A DNA stretch of 64,000 bases from the human T2T-CHM13v2.0 reference genome, Homo sapiens. Position numbers and translations under genes: made by a program. The first letter of the stretch is position 1. Each line of letters opens with the position of its first letter. The DNA lies in the NCBI RefSeq assembly GCF_009914755.1, contig NC_060940.1; one strand, 5' to 3'. The notes beneath the pieces were generated by a model. That model saw nothing but the letters and a program-made list of their open reading frames with translations, was not told the DNA's origin and did not search any database. Below, one piece after another: positions 54,609 through 64,000 of this stretch.

Positions 54609-54789
54609 CTTTTCCCTTGTTGCCCAGTGCAGGCTCGGTTACACACCAACAGGACAATCTTGTCGCTGCCTGCTCTTGATGTGGGAGAATCCATTTTCCC
54701 CTGCTTTGCTGCTGTTTGTGTAGGAGAAGACAGTCTATGATAATCCAAGCCAAATTTCAAGTGGTTTAGGTTGTTGTTTAAATGAATTC
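54609..54789 (-). CDS. USP31: USP31 exon 7: (G)IHLNNNLNHLKFGLDYHRL...VCNRACTGQQGK(R); upstream exons with the Cys box lie beyond the window
   Basis: ctgtttcag|GA ATT ... AAA AG|gtgaga; 181 nt, phase 1-2. Confidence 0.94.
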
Positions 54790-56884
54790 CTGAAACAGAA
54801 TAAAAACAACTCATTTTATCTCTTCAAAATTATTTTTATTCACTCGTTATGAAGAAATTTACCCAACAGAGAAAATTTTTTTTAAAAATGTCATTATGTA
54901 AATTAAACTGCAATCAAAAAAAGAAACATCCTACTTAGATTACTCATCTAGCCGTTAGAGAATTTCTTTAGCATCCATTATTATTTCCTTTAAACTAGCC
55001 TTACCTATCTTAAAAACTGAAAATTAAAACTGCACTTCAGTGAAGGTTAGATACAGTTTTAGAAGGGCATGTGTGCTGAGATGATTCACCAAGAAAATTT
55101 AGTGAGGTCATGCAACCAGTAATCAAACAAATTTTTAAAAAATAAAGATGTGGAATGTTCTTCAATATTCAATAGCAGTTTCTTCTCCCTGATTAAAGAG
55201 CCAGACTTATAAGAAATAAAAGGTAAATTACACACTACACCTACTAGACTCAGAGCCATCAGGAGAATCTTCCAACTTGGAATACAGTCTACTAGACTGG
55301 ATCAATCCACATTAAAGTTAACAAAAATATATATTTGACAGGCACAGTACTGATCCTCCCAAATGCCCCAAAGCAGAGCTCCCTGTCAATCAAAGTACCC
55401 AGCAACTCAGCACCCAGCACAACCCCAATAAATGCCTGACTACCTGTTCATTCCTTTAATCCTTTGGAAGCACAGCCTAGGGAAATGACATCCCAGCTGG
55501 AAAATAGAAGAAACCCCTCCTGCCACCACCATTAATAATAATACCACCAGAAAGAGAATAAAATACAAATGGCCTACACAAAAGTATTTATAGCAGAATG
55601 CTGGCAATAACCTCAATACTCAGCAATCTAAGACTCACTGAACCTATTAAGATACCTCAACATTATAACAATTTAAAATGACAAAGTACATAGTTAATGC
55701 CAATATAAATTCCAGATAGAGTTTAAAAAAACAACACATACAAACTAGAAATAAGAAAAAAGCTGAATCTTTGTCAAGCCACTAGAGGGAAGAAAACTTT
55801 TTAAGCTTAAACACCATAAAGAAATCACAAAAGGAACAGGAGTAGATCTTACTTCCTAACCATTTTAAACTCTGGTATGAGAAAATAAAAATAATAGATA
55901 TCTGAAGTTGAGACAATAAACTCGTTTCCCAGGTTCTTGGCAGAGGTAAGGGTGGGAAGATCTGTTCTCCTAGAATAGATGTGGACTCCTGACGAGATAA
56001 GGGGATGCCACATTGTCAACTGCACAGAAATCAAGCTCTGTGTTCAAACTGTGGACCCATTTACTGCCAGCTGTGTGAGCTGGGAGTGGTTACTTCATCT
56101 CCAAGTCTCAGCTTCCTCACCAGTAATGTGGGGAAAGCAGTAGCCTCATTATATATTGAATAAAACATCTGTTAAGGCCTTAGGATAGAGGCTAACGCAG
56201 ACTCAATAAGGCAGTCTCTGGCTAGAATACAATAACCTTTGGATTCACCAAATTCACTTATAAATAGAAGCTTAGTGTTAACCCTAAGCAACTGGGGTGG
56301 GAACAGGATTTTGAGAAACTTTCAGTTGAACAAACATTACCTGGGCTCTTGCTGCATATTAAGAACTATATTGCACTGCTGGGTATAACAAGATAAAGCA
56401 AAATGTGGCCCCAGCTCCAGAGAACTTCACAGTGTGGTGGGAAGGACAGAGAAGAAAACAAATCATTTCCACATAACACGCTGGTGTGAGAGATTAACAG
56501 AAGTTAACTGTCCAGAAGAGCAGGAGTTCGCCAGCCAGCCTGCAGGTAAAGGGAGTGAGGAAAGGCTCTCTGGACAAGATAATTTAGGTATTTTTTACTG
56601 TAATGCAATAAAACTAGAAACAATCCAAACAAAAACACATACAGGGAAACGTAACAACTGGAAAAGAAACACAAACAAGCACCTGGGTCAAAGAAGAATA
56701 AGTGAAATAATAGACTATCTAGAAAATATTGTAAATATGAGTAGACCAGAGAAAACTGAATTGTAAGCTGGCATTGGAGAAAGCTGGCCAACCCAATATA
56801 CAGGATCACCGAAAGAATCAGAAACTGGAGGTGCCAGAGGCCTCTGGAAGTAGAGGGTAAAGTAAAAGAGGAATTAAAATAAGG

Positions 56885-57855
56885 ACTTTCAACAAGAGCA
56901 CCAAGACCATTCAATGAGGACAGTACAATCTCTTCATCAAATGGTGCTGGGACAAGTAAATATTTACTTGTCCCAGAATGGAGTTTGGTCCCTACCTCAT
57001 ACAATTTATAAAGGTTAACTTAAAATGTATCAACAACCTAAATGTAAGAGCTAAAACTACAAAACTCAGAAGAAAACACAAGAGTAAATCTTTATGACCT
57101 TGGATGTGGTGACGGATTCTTAGATATGACGACAAAATTATGAGCAACAAAAGAAAAAACAGACTTCATCAAAATGAAGAACTTTTGTACGTCAAAGAAC
57201 ACTATCAAGAAAGAGAAAAAACCCAGAGAATGGAATAAAATACTTGCAAGTCATATATCCCATAAGGGTCTAGTATTATACATCCTTACAAAGAATTCTT
57301 ACAACTCAACAAAAACAACTCAACAAAAAGATAATGCAATTTAAAATGGGAAAAAGGCTTGAATAGACATTTCTCCAAAGAGAATATATAAATGGCCAAA
57401 CAAGCACATGGCAAGATGTTCATCATCATTTACTATTAGAGAAATGCAAGTCAAAACCTCAATGAAGTAACACTTCACATTCACCAGGATGGCTAAAATC
57501 AAAAAGATGAAAAATAAATGTTGGCAAAGATGTGGAGAAATTAGAACTCTCATCTATTGCTGGTGGAAACGTAAAATGATCCAGCTCCTGTGGAAAACAG
57601 TTTGGCAATTCCCAAGAAGACAACCATAGAATTATGATATGATCCATCAATTCCATTCCTAGGTACATACCCAAAAGAACTGAAAACAGGTATTCAAACA
57701 AATACTTGTACACAAATGCTCATAGTAGGACTATTCATAATAGACAAAAGGTAGGAAAAAAACAAATGCCCATCAATAGATTAGTGGATAAACAAAATGT
57801 GGTACATGCATATGTATGTATGGAATACTGTTCGGCCATTAAAAAGGAATGAAGT
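56885..57855 (+). mobile_element. L1MB-type fragment (ORF2 3' part), host of the L1PA insertion
   Basis: tcttcatcaaatggtgctggga...aaatgtaagagctaaaact...ggaatactgttcggccattaaaaaggaatgaagt. Confidence 0.85.
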
Positions 57856-63507
<5,652 letters not shown>

Positions 63508-64000
63508 CATAAAAAATTAACTCAAAATAGTTCAAAAAACTATAATATAAGAGCTAAAACTATAAAACTCTTAAAAGAAATTATGGGGTAAATCTTTATG
63601 ACTTTGGATTTGATAAAGTGTCAGACATGACAACAAAAGCACAAGGAACAAAAAAAAATAGATAAACTGGACTTCAATAAAACTAAGAACTTTTGTGTTT
63701 CAAAGGACATTATCAGGTAGTTTTGACCACCCACAGAATGGGAGAAAATATTTGCAAATCATATATCTGATAAGGGTCTAGTATTCAGCATATGTGAAAA
63801 TTCCTAAAACTCAACAACAAAAAGCAAACAATGCAATTTTAAGATGGGTAAAATATTTGAATGGACATTTTTCCAAATATGATATACAAATGGCCAACAA
63901 GCACAAGAAAAGATGCTCAACATCATGTCAGTGACAAACACAAATCAAAACCATAATGAGATACCACTTCATACCCACTACAATAGCTAAAATTAAAGAG
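63508..64000 (+). mobile_element. Second L1MB-type fragment, running off the window
   Basis: aaaaattaactcaaaat...aagagctaaaactataaaactc...gtaaatctttatgac; same L1 segment as ~57000-57500 but diverged from it. Confidence 0.85.

Overview
Primate, very probably human, genomic DNA (USP31 locus, chr16p12 from memory); not microbial. The right ~38 kb holds the last ten exons of USP31 (ubiquitin-specific peptidase 31) on the minus strand. All ten have GT-AG boundaries and consistent phases, joining into 2825 nt of CDS (941 codons plus stop with the one upstream base; residues ~412-1352 if the protein is 1352 aa as I recall). They include the Zn-ribbon CxxC, the His/Asp box and a ~520-aa Ser/Pro/Lys-rich tail, followed by a ~6.6 kb 3'UTR ending near an AATAAA at 25416-25421. 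The left ~25 kb is intergenic and repeat-dense: a full-length Tigger1 split by three Alus, THE1/MLT/LTR16 LTRs, nested L1s, MERs, and one ~0.9 kb repeat-free island that looks regulatory. The most interesting element is an intronic L1PA (~57856-63507) lying antisense to USP31. Its ORF1 and ORF2 are dead and its 3' end is missing, but it keeps an open ORF0 with a strong Kozak and splice donors whose phases match downstream USP31 exons, so L1-antisense-promoter ORF0-USP31 fusions or truncated isoforms are possible. This is inference with no expression evidence. Exon numbers (7-16), residue numbers and repeat subfamily names are from memory and were not database-checked.
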